NCBI GenBank assembly: GCA_964247055.1
Contig: OZ176053.1
Location: 12,338,001 to 12,402,000, forward strand
From: Paragordius varius
Lineage: Eukaryota > Animalia > Nematomorpha
Direction of reading: 5' to 3'
DNA: 64,000 nt
Shown: positions 1 to 13,300 of the stretch, one piece after another
Layout of the letters: each line of letters opens with the position of its first letter
Position numbering within the stretch: the first letter of the stretch is position 1
Notes under the pieces: model-generated
Database searches by the model: none
What the model was told of the DNA's origin: nothing
Seen by the model: only the letters and a program-made list of their open reading frames with translations
Program-made: the position numbers and the translations under genes

Positions 1-594
1 GGTACCAAAAAACAAGGTTTATTTTTTATTACATTTGTTTTTACATTTTTAGACCAAATGTTAAAATTTTATATATTACTATAAGCTTTTAATAAAGTAT
101 ATTTTTACAAATTTAATGTATGTGGACAATTTGTTTAACTATTTTTTAATAAAAAAATATAAAACTATCTGCTGTTATCTAAATGAAATTTCTAAATTAA
201 GCATAAAAAATATATCACTGTTCGTTTTTCTTGGAAAAAGTGTTAAATTATTATGGCAAAATGGTTAATAGTGTAAAGCCGGGACGTTCAACGCTCGGCC
301 CTCCAAAATATGCGCGGCGCGCGAAATATATAGAAATCCATAATTTGCAAAAAATTGTCACAGAATTTGATAAATTAACATTACTTAAACAAATTTTCTA
401 TGAATTATTAAAAAAACAATGTTATATTTTGTTTGCATTTACAGTCTTATGTTTTGAAGTTAATCAAATAAATATTAATGCCCATATTTATTTCGAACGC
501 GACACGTCGTATTTTTGAGTTGAAATTAGGGTTCGCGAAACTATTTGTGTTAAGCACTCAAAATATTAATGTTTAATATGAGAAAACATTAATA

Positions 595-3500
595 TCAAAG
601 GATTTTTGACAAATAAGAAAAAATATTTACATGTTTATTGACTTCATCTCGATCACAAATGCGGAAAGGGCAATCCCGACCCACAATACCGATCTGACAA
701 TTCTAAAAAATGGGTAATAAAATACATTTGCAATATTGATGGTGTTTATTTAAACCAAAAAATTATTTTTTATAATTTTATAAATAATTTAATAATCTAA
801 CATATCCATAAGAATTAATAATAACACTGGACAACAAATTTTTCTGCCACTCGAGTTTTATAAATTTTCTGATATTTAGTATCATTTTAACAGTAAATCT
901 GAAATAAATATTATAACTCGTTGGAAGAATTTTGTATTATTTCATTTTTTTGATTATGCGCCCTCTTTATCAAAATTTTACTAAAAAAATATTTTTCTTT
1001 GAAAATATACAAGTAATGGCCATTTGTAATATATCATTCGAAAGAGTAATAAAAACTCTATAAAATTCATACTAATATGTATTACATCGACAGTTAACAT
1101 TGGACACAAAGAGCGACAGACGCGCGAAGCGAGAGCATTTTTTTTAATTATTATATTTTTAAAACTAATGGATGAAAATAGCTCAAACTTTGTTTAGATG
1201 GTGATGAATGTCCAAAAAAGATAACACAAGAAAGTTTTTTTGATTAAAACATTTTTTTATTGCTTTTATGTCACTCAAAACAACCATTTTTAAGTTTTTT
1301 GTTTTTTTAAAAATTACCATCTCATAAATATTAATTTATTTTCTTTATATGGCTGATAATTTCGAAATTTTAAAGATATAAATAAAGTTTAAGGTATTTT
1401 TGATCTTTTATAGCCATTATGTAATAAATTTACAGTTATAACTATGCATTTTAGTATCCACTAGGTAAAATATTTATGATAATAATAATTTTTATTAAAA
1501 AAGCAAACCAAAAGCTTTTTCAAACATTTTTTTAAAATCAAATATTAATATAACCCTAATAATTATATTAAAATAATTTATATGATTTTCAAATTAGTTT
1601 GTCTGTGAAAATTCTTGACTTATTTATGGATTGAAAATTTCGACCATTTAAATCCAAATAACTTTTACATCCGATTGATTTAAATTACTTCCTACCATTT
1701 AAAAGATGCAGTTTTTTGCGCTCTTTCGAATGATATAAAATACATGGCTTCATATCTAAAACTTTTAATTTTCGAAATTTCGAATTTAATGTTAAATCGG
1801 GGCCAAAAATTATCGATAAACTCTAATATAAAAAAATTCTTCCATGCTAGACCAATTTTCTTTTCAGATATACTAATTATGTACTTTAATGAAATAAATT
1901 TTAAATTTACAAGAATGGCAGTTAAAAAAAGTTAAAATTTGTTGTCTAGTGTAATATATTCCACTATATTCAAAAGTAAATTCCAAAAAAATTAAAAAAT
2001 ACCTTGTCATTCAATTCAATTTCAACAGGGAGCGTGTCTTTAAGCGCTTTTATAGCATGCTTAATTAATCCATCCAAATCACCTGATTTAATCATAAAAT
2101 AAATTTTACAATTAACAGCTAAAACCTCCAATAAAGTTGTTTGTAATTTAACAATAATTTTATGAGCAAAACATTAAAAATGCGTTAAATGTATTTTATT
2201 ATTCTTACATCCTATAAAGTAAATTCCAAAAATTTTAATATAAAATCAAATTAGTAGCTTCTAACAATTAGTAATATCATTCAAATGCTTTTCCAAATAA
2301 GTGCGCGCAGCTTGACTCCGGGACCCAATAGCCATACTTTTGCAATCATAATAATTAGCGGATGGGCAGATTTGAAATATATGAGGTCCAGCGCTCTAAT
2401 GTCACATGATATTATTAATAATATCGGCAAAAAAAAACATATCGTTTTAATTATTTTTTCACAATACATTAAATATATTCTAGAATTGGGGTAAAATTTA
2501 ACGTGTTTTTATATAAATTAACCATTTTTTTAAAAAAACATACAAAAACCTAATCCACATGTATTAATAGCACCAAACCCGAAAACAAATATTTTTAGGG
2601 TTTAATATTTGCGAATTTTCAAATTAAAAACAAAATTTGATAAAATCGATATAAATTTAACCTTAAAGTATATATTTCTAGATATGAAGATAATACATAC
2701 AATTAAAACGATTCACTTACATCATAACCACAAACCAATAATCCTACCCCGTAGGGACGGCGACCATATCTTTGCGTGTTAACTTGCATCTCTATATTAA
2801 ATTAAAAAAACAATTTTTAGTATTTTTGCATCAAGGGAAAGTAAAGCGTAATTTTTTGAAAATGAAATATCTATTTTTGGAAAAAAAAATTAAAATCAAA
2901 TCAAAAAAATCTAGATGTAGTTTTTGATAAATGAATTTATATTTGGAAAATCATTTAAGATCTTAAAACTTTTGGTCGTCAGTTTTTAAGCCATTTTACC
3001 TATGGTCCAGGTTAGTTTTTTTATCAAAAATTTATTTTTTTAATTTTATTTAGTTTTACACTTTTTAATAAAATTATATTTCTTGAATATTTAAATTATG
3101 GAGACCGATGTATAAGATAAAAGATAAATATTTTATTTAGAGTGGAAACTATTTTTGATCCTCAATTTTTTATAAATCCTCTATAACTGATTCAATTAGT
3201 TTAATGAATACCTTGAATCATTCAAAACCTAATCTTTTTTTGAAAGCTCCGAAAATAGAGATAAATGGAAAAACGTATTATCAAAATTCACATATAAAAG
3301 CTTTTCTAAATTCGGATCAAATAATATTTTGTGAAAAAACAGTAATCTTTTAATTTCTATGATTTGTCCTTAATTAAATTTTACGTAAATAATATTATTT
3401 AATAAAATATAATAATTAAGTAAAATGAATCTATAAAAAGTTTACTGTTACAAGTCATGCGAACCAATCTTTCAAGTGGCATGGGATTGCAATGTTCATA

Positions 3501-3941
3501 ACGATATTCCAAACATTCATTTAACATATATTTACTATGATATAAGAACACCAAATTTTAAAACATTAAATTTATAAAAAATAATTACTCAAACTTACGT
3601 TAATATTTTTCCGTCCGCAGTTAGGCCAGCAATAGAAACGCCGAGGTTATCATCGATTTCAAAAATTTTCTTTTGATTGCTTGAAAGTTCAGAAGTTGAC
3701 CTCTATAATATATAATAAAAGCAAAAAACTAACCATAAGAGCAACTATAACTGCATGAGTCTTATTCTTAACACCAACTGTACTGCTACCTTGTTTAACA
3801 GCCTCCATGGCATATTCAATTTGATGAATACGTCCCTTAAAAAATTAATAATTTTATTTTACTTGTGGACTTAGAACTGTAACATCGCTATCATAATGAT
3901 TTCGAAACTGCAAAAATAAATTAAATATAAAATTTAACCAT
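595..3941 (-). CDS. PSMA1: Proteasome subunit alpha type-1 (alpha6), 9 exons, about 243 aa
   Basis: Manually spliced exons: 3939-3941 (ATG only), 3863-3907, 3734-3835, 3599-3702, 3446-3534, 2721-2791, 2266-2395, 2003-2082, 595-702. All introns are GT-AG with consistent phases (31, 27, 31, 64, 654, 325, 183, 1300 nt). The translation contains [46 protein letters not shown] and [35 protein letters not shown]. The C-terminus is uncertain because there is a possible extra donor at 630. Confidence 0.93.
825..1951. mobile_element. Non-autonomous DNA transposon, Chapaev3-like, in PSMA1 intron 8
   Basis: 18-bp TIRs CACTGGACAACAAATTTT / revcomp CACTAGACAACAAATTTT (1 mismatch), flanked on both sides by TAA (822-824 and 1952-1954). 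CAC termini with a 3-bp TWA duplication are characteristic of Chapaev3. No ORF inside. Confidence 0.7.
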
Positions 3942-4019
3942 ATTTTTTTGTACAATGCGGATTATGGGATGTTTTAGTGAAGTGAACGAACGATATTTAA
4001 ACTTTTTTTAAATTTGGAA
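3942..4019. promoter_or_regulatory. Putative bidirectional promoter between PSMA1 and BUB3
   Basis: Only 78 bp separate the two divergent ATG codons (3941 minus, 4020 plus). This is inferred from gene geometry; no motif was identified. Confidence 0.6.
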
Positions 4020-7000
4020 ATGACAACTGAAACTTGGATAGCTCAACCACCGGCAGATTTAATATCACACGTCGAATTTCACCCGATAAATAATAACTAT
4101 ATATTGGCATCTTCATGGGATGGATGTTCCTATATTTATGATTTCAATGATCCGACAGAACAACTCGAAGCCAAATTTGATCACAAAAATCCAGTTTTGT
4201 CATGTTGCTTTCAGGTTTTTTGGTTTTTTACTTCAGGATAGCTATAATTTTGCTATTGGAAATTTAGATGGTTTCCTACTTGTATATGACATCAAAAATA
4301 ATAAAGGTAAATTTTAAAATATTTTTGTTTTAAAGCCTTCTCTGATTTTAATATTCACTGATAATCATATTGCAGAACATATTTTGGGTTGCCATGACGA
4401 TGCCATAAATTGTGTTGAATACTGTCCGACTCTCGGTGTTTTTGTCACAGGCAGTTGGGATCAATTTGTTAAGATTTGGGATCCTAGGGAAGAATCTTCC
4501 CAAAATCAAATAACTTTGCCTCAAAATAGCAAGGTTATTCATCACTAAATTTTTTACATTGCATTTTAAATCAGTTACCGGTTATTCATAACTTTTTGTT
4601 CGGGAAATTAACCAGTATAAAAGTACTAAACTATTTACCATGTAAAATGGTTATAAAACTTGAATTTAACACTTTATTACCTTTTGGGTTAGTTTTATAT
4701 TCCAGAGCGATATAGAATTGGAAATCTTAAAAAGTATTTAGGGTATTAAGCCGAATTTAAAAATGTGATTTTTTTAGCCTTTTAGGCGTTATAAAAATGT
4801 AAAAAGAATCTTCAACTTAAATATTTTTGCCGCCATTTTTTTAAAAAAAATTTGAATTAATGCAACGGGTAGTTGGATGTATATTATGGTTAGAAAGTGT
4901 AAAAAATAACTTTAAAAAGCTTCCAGGTTACATTTTATCAGCAAAAACTTGATATTTTGATTGTCATATCAGCTGTTATTCTTTTCGATCGTGTCGTTGA
5001 GGTATCCCAATTTTTGGCTCTAGAACTCACAAAACTGTTTAATAATATAAGTTTTATCTAAAACATGAGAACATAGTGTATTTACAAAATTGAGCTCTGG
5101 AATATATGCATTTTAATGGTTGATGATATCACACTCTATTAGGGCAATTCGCAACACAGTGTTGTGAAAGTTTTTTTCGCTGCTTTGATCGACTTAACCA
5201 AAATGTGTTAAATAAACGGTTTAATATTTTACTTCTATAACGATGTTTTATATATCAACGGTAAGGGCTCATTAGAATATAACTTTATATTAAAACTCTC
5301 TCACATTCGATTTTATATATTTCCTATTATAGAGAAATGGCCCCAAGTTTTTTAGATTTATTTTTAGCCTCCCATAAAGCTATTTTTCCTACTTATAATT
5401 CATTTTTAATTATCTTAAAATATAGTGTCAAACTCTTTTTATTCAGATATTTTTGTTTTGTGACCATACCTTTTTTTATAAAAAGCGATTTATTTTCTAA
5501 TCTTTCCTTTTTTGCAAAAGATGTTTAATTCTCCAGACCATAAATTTATATTTTTTAGGTGTATACCATTGCAATGTGCGATCAAAAAGTTATTGTTGGA
5601 ACATCTGAGCGTAAAGTTAATGTTTGGGATTTAAGAACGCGAAAATTGGATCAGTGTCGAGATTCAGTCCTTAAATATCAAACGAGACAAATTAAAACGT
5701 TCCCTGACAAACGGGGATTTGTGCTTAGCAGCATAGAGGGTATTATTAAAAATTTTGCGAAAAAGAAATGATTTTGACTTTTATAAAATATTTATTGTAC
5801 TGGATGTATTAATAGAATATTGAGGGCTATATCGTTTGTAGAGATTTGTGAAACCTATAAAATTATCAAACCATTTTGTCTCTTATCACAATTCTTTCAT
5901 GTTATCCAATTTTTCTTATATGAATAGTTTTTTTCATACATTTAATGTTAAAACTGTTACAGGATTAATATTTGAGTATTTTAAGCCATTAAAAGCAATA
6001 TAATATATGTCATTTAAAGAATATATGTCAATCAGTAGCAAGAAATTTTAATTTTACTTAAAAAAGGTATCACGTATAGATTCATTGTTACAAAGTTAAT
6101 AAGTGTATCTATTAAATGTTTTAAATTTGTTATTTTGGTAGGGCGTGTTGCAGTTGAATATCTCGATATGTCCCCCGAAATCCAAAAGAACAAATACGCT
6201 TTCAAGTGTCATCGCATTAAAGATGATGCAAATTGTTCAGAAAATGTGTATCCAGTCAATGCCATAGCCTTCCATAAACAATACAGTACATTTGCTACAG
6301 GTTTGTTTAGTTTAAATTTTTTATATACCAAAAGAGAATTTATGTCTAAAGGTAAAACTACTAAAATTCATTGCGGAATAATGAAAAACGGAATGATTTT
6401 TTAAATTATATAATTTTTGAAATTATTTACTATTGATTAACATTTTTAAACTATTTTGGATGGATAAAGTTGAAAAAACCACATATATATGCTAGTAAAA
6501 GTCGCAATATCGATTTCCTTCATCATTTTCTTTTCCAGTTTTGATAATCTTATCCCGCGCATTTTTTATCAATAAATTGAATATCTAAGTTGTTGTTGTT
6601 TAACAATAAGTTCTGATGGTATATTATCGTAAACTATCTAGCTTTTTGTGAAATAGTTCTTTATCAATACAATCTGTTTTTACCAGTTTGGGATGTTGGA
6701 AACGCTTATTAATCTTTTTGTTTTAGTTGAGGACGTCTGGGTTTATTGTTTCCAGGAAAAAAATATTTTTAATATCTGTATATCGATTTAAGTTTATAAC
6801 AAACATAACTATTCATCAATAAAGTTTCCCATTTGACGGTGTACCTTGGCTTTATAACAAACTTGAAACTTGTTTTATATGAGATAATTTATAAAATTTT
6901 ATAGGAGGATCTGATGGTTATGTTTACATATGGGATGCTTATAATAAAAAACGGCTTTGTAATTTTCCACGGTAATTATTATGAATATCACTAATTACCA

Positions 7001-7455
7001 ATTAAATATAATAAAACAATTTCATGTTAAAGTTAGCCCTTTTCTTTCCATATTAATATTTTTTAATAATTATTATATTTACTGTTATAAACAAAAAATA
7101 AATGCTAACCATTTTTTTTGAAACCAATTTTATCCATATTTTTTGTTTGGTTTAAACTCAAAAATGGTATATAATAAAAGTTTTTTGGTATTTTAAGTTG
7201 TTTTAATTTTACTGTATTTATTCTTTCAGGTATCCAAATCAAATTGTTTCGCTAGCCTTTAGTCATGATGATAAATATTTGGCTATTGCGTCTTCCCACC
7301 TACATGATATCCCTCCGGGTTCTTCAGACACCTCAGAATCTCAATCAACCGATAATAATAATAATAATACATCCTCCAAAGATAAAATTTTGAATGATAA
7401 ATTAAATCGCATTTTTGTTAGGGAAGTCACTGATAAAGAAACTAAACCACGATGA
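4020..7455 (+). CDS. BUB3: Mitotic checkpoint WD40 protein BUB3, 7 exons, about 351 aa
   Basis: Exons 4020-4214, 4237-4306, 4376-4533, 5559-5739, 6142-6300, 6905-6971, 7230-7455. Introns are 22, 69, 1025, 402, 604 and 258 nt, all GT-AG and in phase. Motifs include VTGSWDQFVKIWDPR, SVLKYQTRQI, SSIEGRVAVEYLD, KYAFKCHR, ATGGSDGYVYIWD and IFVREVTDKETKP. Confidence 0.95.
4690..5110. repeat. Copy of an unclassified dispersed repeat family (BUB3 intron 3)
   Basis: Shares GGTATTAxGCCGAATTTAAAAAT, TTTAGCCTTTTAGGCG, CCAGCAAAAACT and AAAATTGAGCTCTGG blocks with about 52480-52810, 55240-55540, 58550-59020 and 63470-63700. Boundaries are approximate. Confidence 0.6.
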
Positions 7456-8390
7456 AAAATTAATTTTTTTACCAATCTTATGCAACTGAATATAGTTTTG
7501 TAAATTGAGTTATGTTTATTACCACTGTGATCATGCGCATTTATGTTATCTTTGATTTTTATATATAAAGTTTAGATAATAACCTCTGAGAGATATTTGA
7601 AATTGGTATTTGATTTCAAATATATTAATTGTATCTTCCGAAATGAAACGGTTAAAACTTATATTTCTATATAAGATTAAACATATGTGGCTAACCGGTT
7701 CGTTTTTAGGGGAGATTAATATTCTGATTGAAATATAATTGTTTAAAATTAAAAAATAGTCGTCTTTTATATAAAATTTTGGGAGAATATAAATGCAATT
7801 CATATTTATTATATATTTAGACATTATTTGTGGGTTAATTTAATATTTTGTCTTAGCTAGGAGAATCGTTTCTACTATATTCGATTGCTATTTTAGCTTA
7901 AGCCGCCATAATAAACGCAAAAAAGTTTAGGTAGATGATAAAAATTTAATAGACTTAAAAATTTAATAGACTAGATTTTCACATAATAATTTTTTGAACA
8001 TGCTTTAAATAGCAAATTTTAAGGATATTATTTAGTTATTGCTGTATAAATTTTTATAAATTTTAAATTTACATTTACTATTCGCTATTGTTGATTTAAA
8101 AAAAGGGTTATCAAGTATGATTTAAATCTTTTGGAAACACATATTTAGTGGTGGATAACCTCTTACATTAATATTAAGGTAATTATCATATTAAGTATAG
8201 TTTATTTTACTTTGGCTTGCGTTTTTTATGCATTTAGGGTCTCAAAGTCTTTTAAAAATAAATAGTTATATATTTATTATTTTATCCAAAAAAAAAATTT
8301 TAATTTGGGCTAAATTTACGATATGGTTTATATTTAGATAAATAATTTTCAAAATGACTCGTAAGTCTAAAACTAAGAAAACCCTTTTAA

Positions 8391-9259
8391 TACTTCGATT
8401 CAAACTGGGATATCTAAACAGACTAAATTTGAGTTAGGATTTTTAAACAACTGAAAACCGTCCCAATTTAAATTTATGCTTCCTAATAAAATTTATATAA
8501 ATATGCCAAAATATCTCATTAGAATTTTGTTTTGAAAAAAAACTCCATGTCAAACTACTTCGACGCCATTTTTATTTTACAAAATTTTGGCAAAATATCG
8601 TCTTCTTTTAATTAAGGGAAATTAAAGCTAATTTTTTGTTTTAGGTACATCTAACATTGATAGAAAAAACGGTTTATTTTATATTATTTTTCATTTTACC
8701 ATTGCACACATGGCACGTAACTAAACTTTTACCTCTCGGTTTTAGCTTAACATTTGGATACAACACATCCATTTTAGTCCTTCGATGCAAATATAATTTA
8801 AAAAATATGGAATGAATTGAAACCATGGGAAAAATATGCACATTTATGACATTATGATCCGAAATATATAAAAAAGTTTATTCAAAAATACTTGATATTA
8901 CTTATCTTTAGTTAAAACCTCAAGATAAAAATTTAGTCAACATGACATGTGTGCTTTAGCTAAATTTAAAAATAAGACAAAATAAACCACTTTTTCTGTT
9001 TCTATCAATGTTAGATGTAATTTAAATGAAAAATTATCCTTCATTTTGGCTTTAAAATCAATAAACAAGATATTTTGCAAAAATGTTGTAGAATAAAAAT
9101 GGCATTAAAAAAAATTATTAAGATAATTCGGATTATTTATATAGTTTTATTAGGATAGAAGCATAAATTTAAATAGGGACCGTTTCTTTCAGTGGTTTTT
9201 AAAAATTTCAATTTAAATTTTATCTGGGGTATTTAGATACCCCAATTCGAATCGAAGTG
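8391..9259. mobile_element. Foldback-like non-autonomous element (long imperfect palindrome)
   Basis: Ends TACTTCGATT / AATCGAAGTG are flanked by TTAA. The arms stay reverse-complementary inward over about 350 bp (e.g. TACATCTAACATTGATAGAAA near 8647 versus TTTCTATCAATGTTAGATGTA near 9000). Related fragments occur near 9400, 57750-57930 and 58210. Confidence 0.65.
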
Positions 9260-10342
9260 TTAAAATAATTAATATCAATCATTTTTGAATAAAAAATTTA
9301 ATATACTTCGGTTTATTATGCCATGGGTTCAATACCTTCCATATTTTTCAAAGAATTTAATTTTAAACAGGCCTAGGGTATCCAACTACCCCAATTTTAA
9401 TCGAAGGACTTAAATATTCGTGTTGTATACAAGTGTTAATCATTCTTTTTATTAATTAAATTTTCATGAAATTTTTGTGCTTGCTTTAGATAATATTAAT
9501 AATATTTTATCATCACCTATCTCTCTAACGAGATGTCTTACAGGCTATTAATTAGCTAAAAGGGGATTTAATTTATAAGTCTATTGAAATGATGAGATCT
9601 TTTATATTTTATCTCCAAATTTTTCGAAACACATTACAACAGACTTGTAAATATTACTCTTCAATCATCGAAAAGAGCAATAATAGCTCTCTTCTATATT
9701 TGGGGTATTAAAAATTTTTTAATATTAAAAATCTCAAAAATTAAATTAATTCCTTTAAAAAGATACTTTTAAGTAAATCCTAATTAAAACTTCCCTTATA
9801 GGTTAAAAAATGAGTCATTTAATGCTATTTTAGGCTTAAAAAGGGGCTGATATAATTTTAGCAGTATATATTTATTAGATTTCCCATTTGTACCCTATTT
9901 CTGATTCGTGGTAATTAGGGAAATTAAATTCTAAGTACATTTTTATTATTGTTTATTATTGATTTTCAGTACACACACACTTTCTCTATGGGTTCATATC
10001 TATCCTATTCTATCCTCCCATCCTATTTTTGTTTAAATTATTATTTATTAATCTCAAATGTACTTTGCCCTGATTACATATTTTTTAGCATGGTGTATAG
10101 TATATTAATAAGGAAAAGAGAGAGTTCGTTTCAATTTTATTAGTATATATTTAAAATTATATGTATAACTCTAAAACACAATAATATCGTTTTAATATGA
10201 TGAAATTAAAATGGAGTAAAAAATCTAGAATTCTAGGTTGTACTCTCTCTATATATATTTAGGGTATTACTTTGTTTTCTAAAACGAGCTCCAATCATAT
10301 TGATTATATTATATATTTATTGGGGGTACATTCATTTTCTAA

Positions 10343-13300
10343 TCTATATATTTATAAAAATGGAAAATGCTGGCTTTGTGATCTGGTACAGGAAAACCGG
10401 TAGACCCAATCAAATCCAAATATCGAAAAAATATAATCATTAATAAATGTCCCGACAATAGCTTCGCCCTTTTTTTGGAATAGGCCCCCAGTTCGGGCCC
10501 ACCCCGTATGAAAAACGGGTTTTTTTTGAAAACAGAAGTCCACAAAATCGTGTTTTTGAGACAATTTTCCGGAGAACGTGTTGGACCATTCAATTTCAAA
10601 TATGATTTTTGTTTACTTATTTTCGATTGCGCCGAACATAGCCGAGCCACTTTTTTGTTTTAGGCCCTCTTTTTACCCGCTCCCCCCGTAAAATGCCACC
10701 TTTTTCAAAAAACAAAGTCCACAAAAATAATTTTTTAAATCGATTTTTCGCCCTAGGTATGAGACCGTAAAAATTCAATAAAGATTCCGCGTATTCCCTG
10801 TTAAAAGGCAAAAATTTTAGTCTACCGTTTATTTGATGATGGCTGCTTGGTAAGGAGCTACCTGCTAAAAACTGATTTTTCATATAACTTTGTGATCTGT
10901 TTCCGGAAAACCGGTGAACCCAATCAAATCCAAACATCGAAAAAATTTAATCATTAATAAATGCCCCGACAATAGCTTCGCCCTTTTTTGGAATTAGGTC
11001 CCCAGTTTGGGCCCACCCCGTGTGAAAAATGGGTTAAGTCAATTTTTTGGAGAACGTGATGGACCATTCAATTTCAAATATGATTTTTGTTTACTTATTT
11101 TTGATCGCGCTGAACATGGTCGAGTCACTTTTTTGATTTAGGCCCTCTTTTTACCCGCTACCCCCGTAAAATGCCATTTTTTTCAAAAAAAAACAAAGTC
11201 CACAAAAATATTTTTTTGATTGTATTTTTTTGTCCACGGTATGAGACTCTAAAAATTCGAGAAGGTTTTTTCGTATTGCCTGTTAAAAGAAAAAAATTTT
11301 AGTCAAGCGTTTCTTTGATGATAACTGCTGAGTAAGGAGTATCTATCATATGTATAGCATGTTAAAAGATATATGGATATTAATACATTATTTATCCTCA
11401 TCTATATATTTATAAAAATGGAAAATGCTGGCTTTGTGATCTGGTACAGGAAAACCGGTAGACCCAATCAAATCCAAATATCGAAAAAATATAATCATTA
11501 ATAAATGTCCCAACAATAGCTTCGCCCTTTTTTTGGAATAGGCCCCCAGTTCGGGCCCACCCCGTATGAAAAACGGGTTTTTTTTGAAAACAGAAGTCCA
11601 CAAAATCGTGTTTTTGAGACAATTTTCCGGAGAACGTGTTGGACCATTCAATTTCAAATATGATTTTTGTTTACTTATTTTCGATTGCGCCGAACATAGC
11701 CGAGCCACTTTTTTGTTTTAGGCCCTCTTTTTACCCGCTCCCCCCGTAAAATGCCACCTTTTTCAAAAAACAAAGTCCACAAAAATAATTTTTTAAATCG
11801 ATTTTTCGCCCTAGGTATGAGACCGTAAAAATTCAATAAAGATTCCGCGTATTCCCTGTTAAAAGGCAAAAATTTTAGTCTACCGTTTATTTGATGATGG
11901 CTGCTTGGTAAGGAGCTACCTGCTAAAAACTGATTTTTCATATAACTTTGTGATCTGTTTCCGGAAAACCGGTGAACCCAATCAAATCCAAACATCGAAA
12001 AAATTTAATCATTAATAAATGCCCCGACAATAGCTTCGCCCTTTTTTGGAATTAGGTCCCCAGTTTGGGCCCACCCCGTGTGAAAAATGGGTTAAGTCAA
12101 TTTTTTGGAGAACGTGATGGACCATTCAATTTCAAATATGATTTTTGTTTACTTATTTTTGATCGCGCTGAACATGGTCGAGTCACTTTTTTGATTTAGG
12201 CCCTCTTTTTACCCGCTACCCCCGTAAAATGCCATTTTTTTCAAAAAAAAACAAAGTCCACAAAAATATTTTTTTGATTGTATTTTTTTGTCCACGGTAT
12301 GAGACTCTAAAAATTCGAGAAGGTTTTTTCGTATTGCCTGTTAAAAGAAAAAAATTTTAGTCAAGCGTTTCTTTGATGATAACTGCTGAGTAAGGAGTAT
12401 CTATCATATGTATAGCATGTTAAAAGATATATGGATATTAATACATTATTTATCCTCATCTATATATTTATAAAAATGGAAAATGCTGGCTTTGTGATCT
12501 GGTACAGGAAAACCGGTAGACCCAATCAAATCCAAATATCGAAAAAATATAATCATTAATAAATGTCCCAACAATAGCTTCGCCCTTTTTTTGGAATAGG
12601 CCCCCAGTTCGGGCCCACCCCGTATGAAAAACGGGTTTTTTTTGAAAACAGAAGTCCACAAAATCGTGTTTTTGAGACAATTTTCCGGAGAACGTGTTGG
12701 ACCATTCAATTTCAAATATGATTTTTGTTTACTTATTTTCGATTGCGCCGAACATAGCCGAGCCACTTTTTTGTTTTAGGCCCTCTTTTTACCCGCTCCC
12801 CCCGTAAAATGCCACCTTTTTCAAAAAACAAAGTCCACAAAAATAATTTTTTAAATCGATTTTTCGCCCTAGGTATGAGACCGTAAAAATTCAATAAAGA
12901 TTCCGCGTATTCCCTGTTAAAAGGCAAAAATTTTAGTCTACCGTTTATTTGATGATGGCTGCTTGGTAAGGAGCTACCTGCTAAAAACTGATTTTTCATA
13001 TAACTTTGTGATCTGTTTCCGGAAAACCGGTGAACCCAATCAAATCCAAACATCGAAAAAATTTAATCATTAATAAATGCCCCGACAATAGCTTCGCCCT
13101 TTTTTGGAATTAGGTCCCCAGTTTGGGCCCACCCCGTGTGAAAAATGGGTTAAGTCAATTTTTTGGAGAACGTGATGGACCATTCAATTTCAAATATGAT
13201 TTTTGTTTACTTATTTTTGATCGCGCTGAACATGGTCGAGTCACTTTTTTGATTTAGGCCCTCTTTTTACCCGCTACCCCCGTAAAATGCCATTTTTTTC

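Noticed and set aside
231-540. 95-aa ORF and CpG-rich patches
   Set aside because: No recognisable domain or splice structure. It is more likely a transposon remnant, but I could not define ends.
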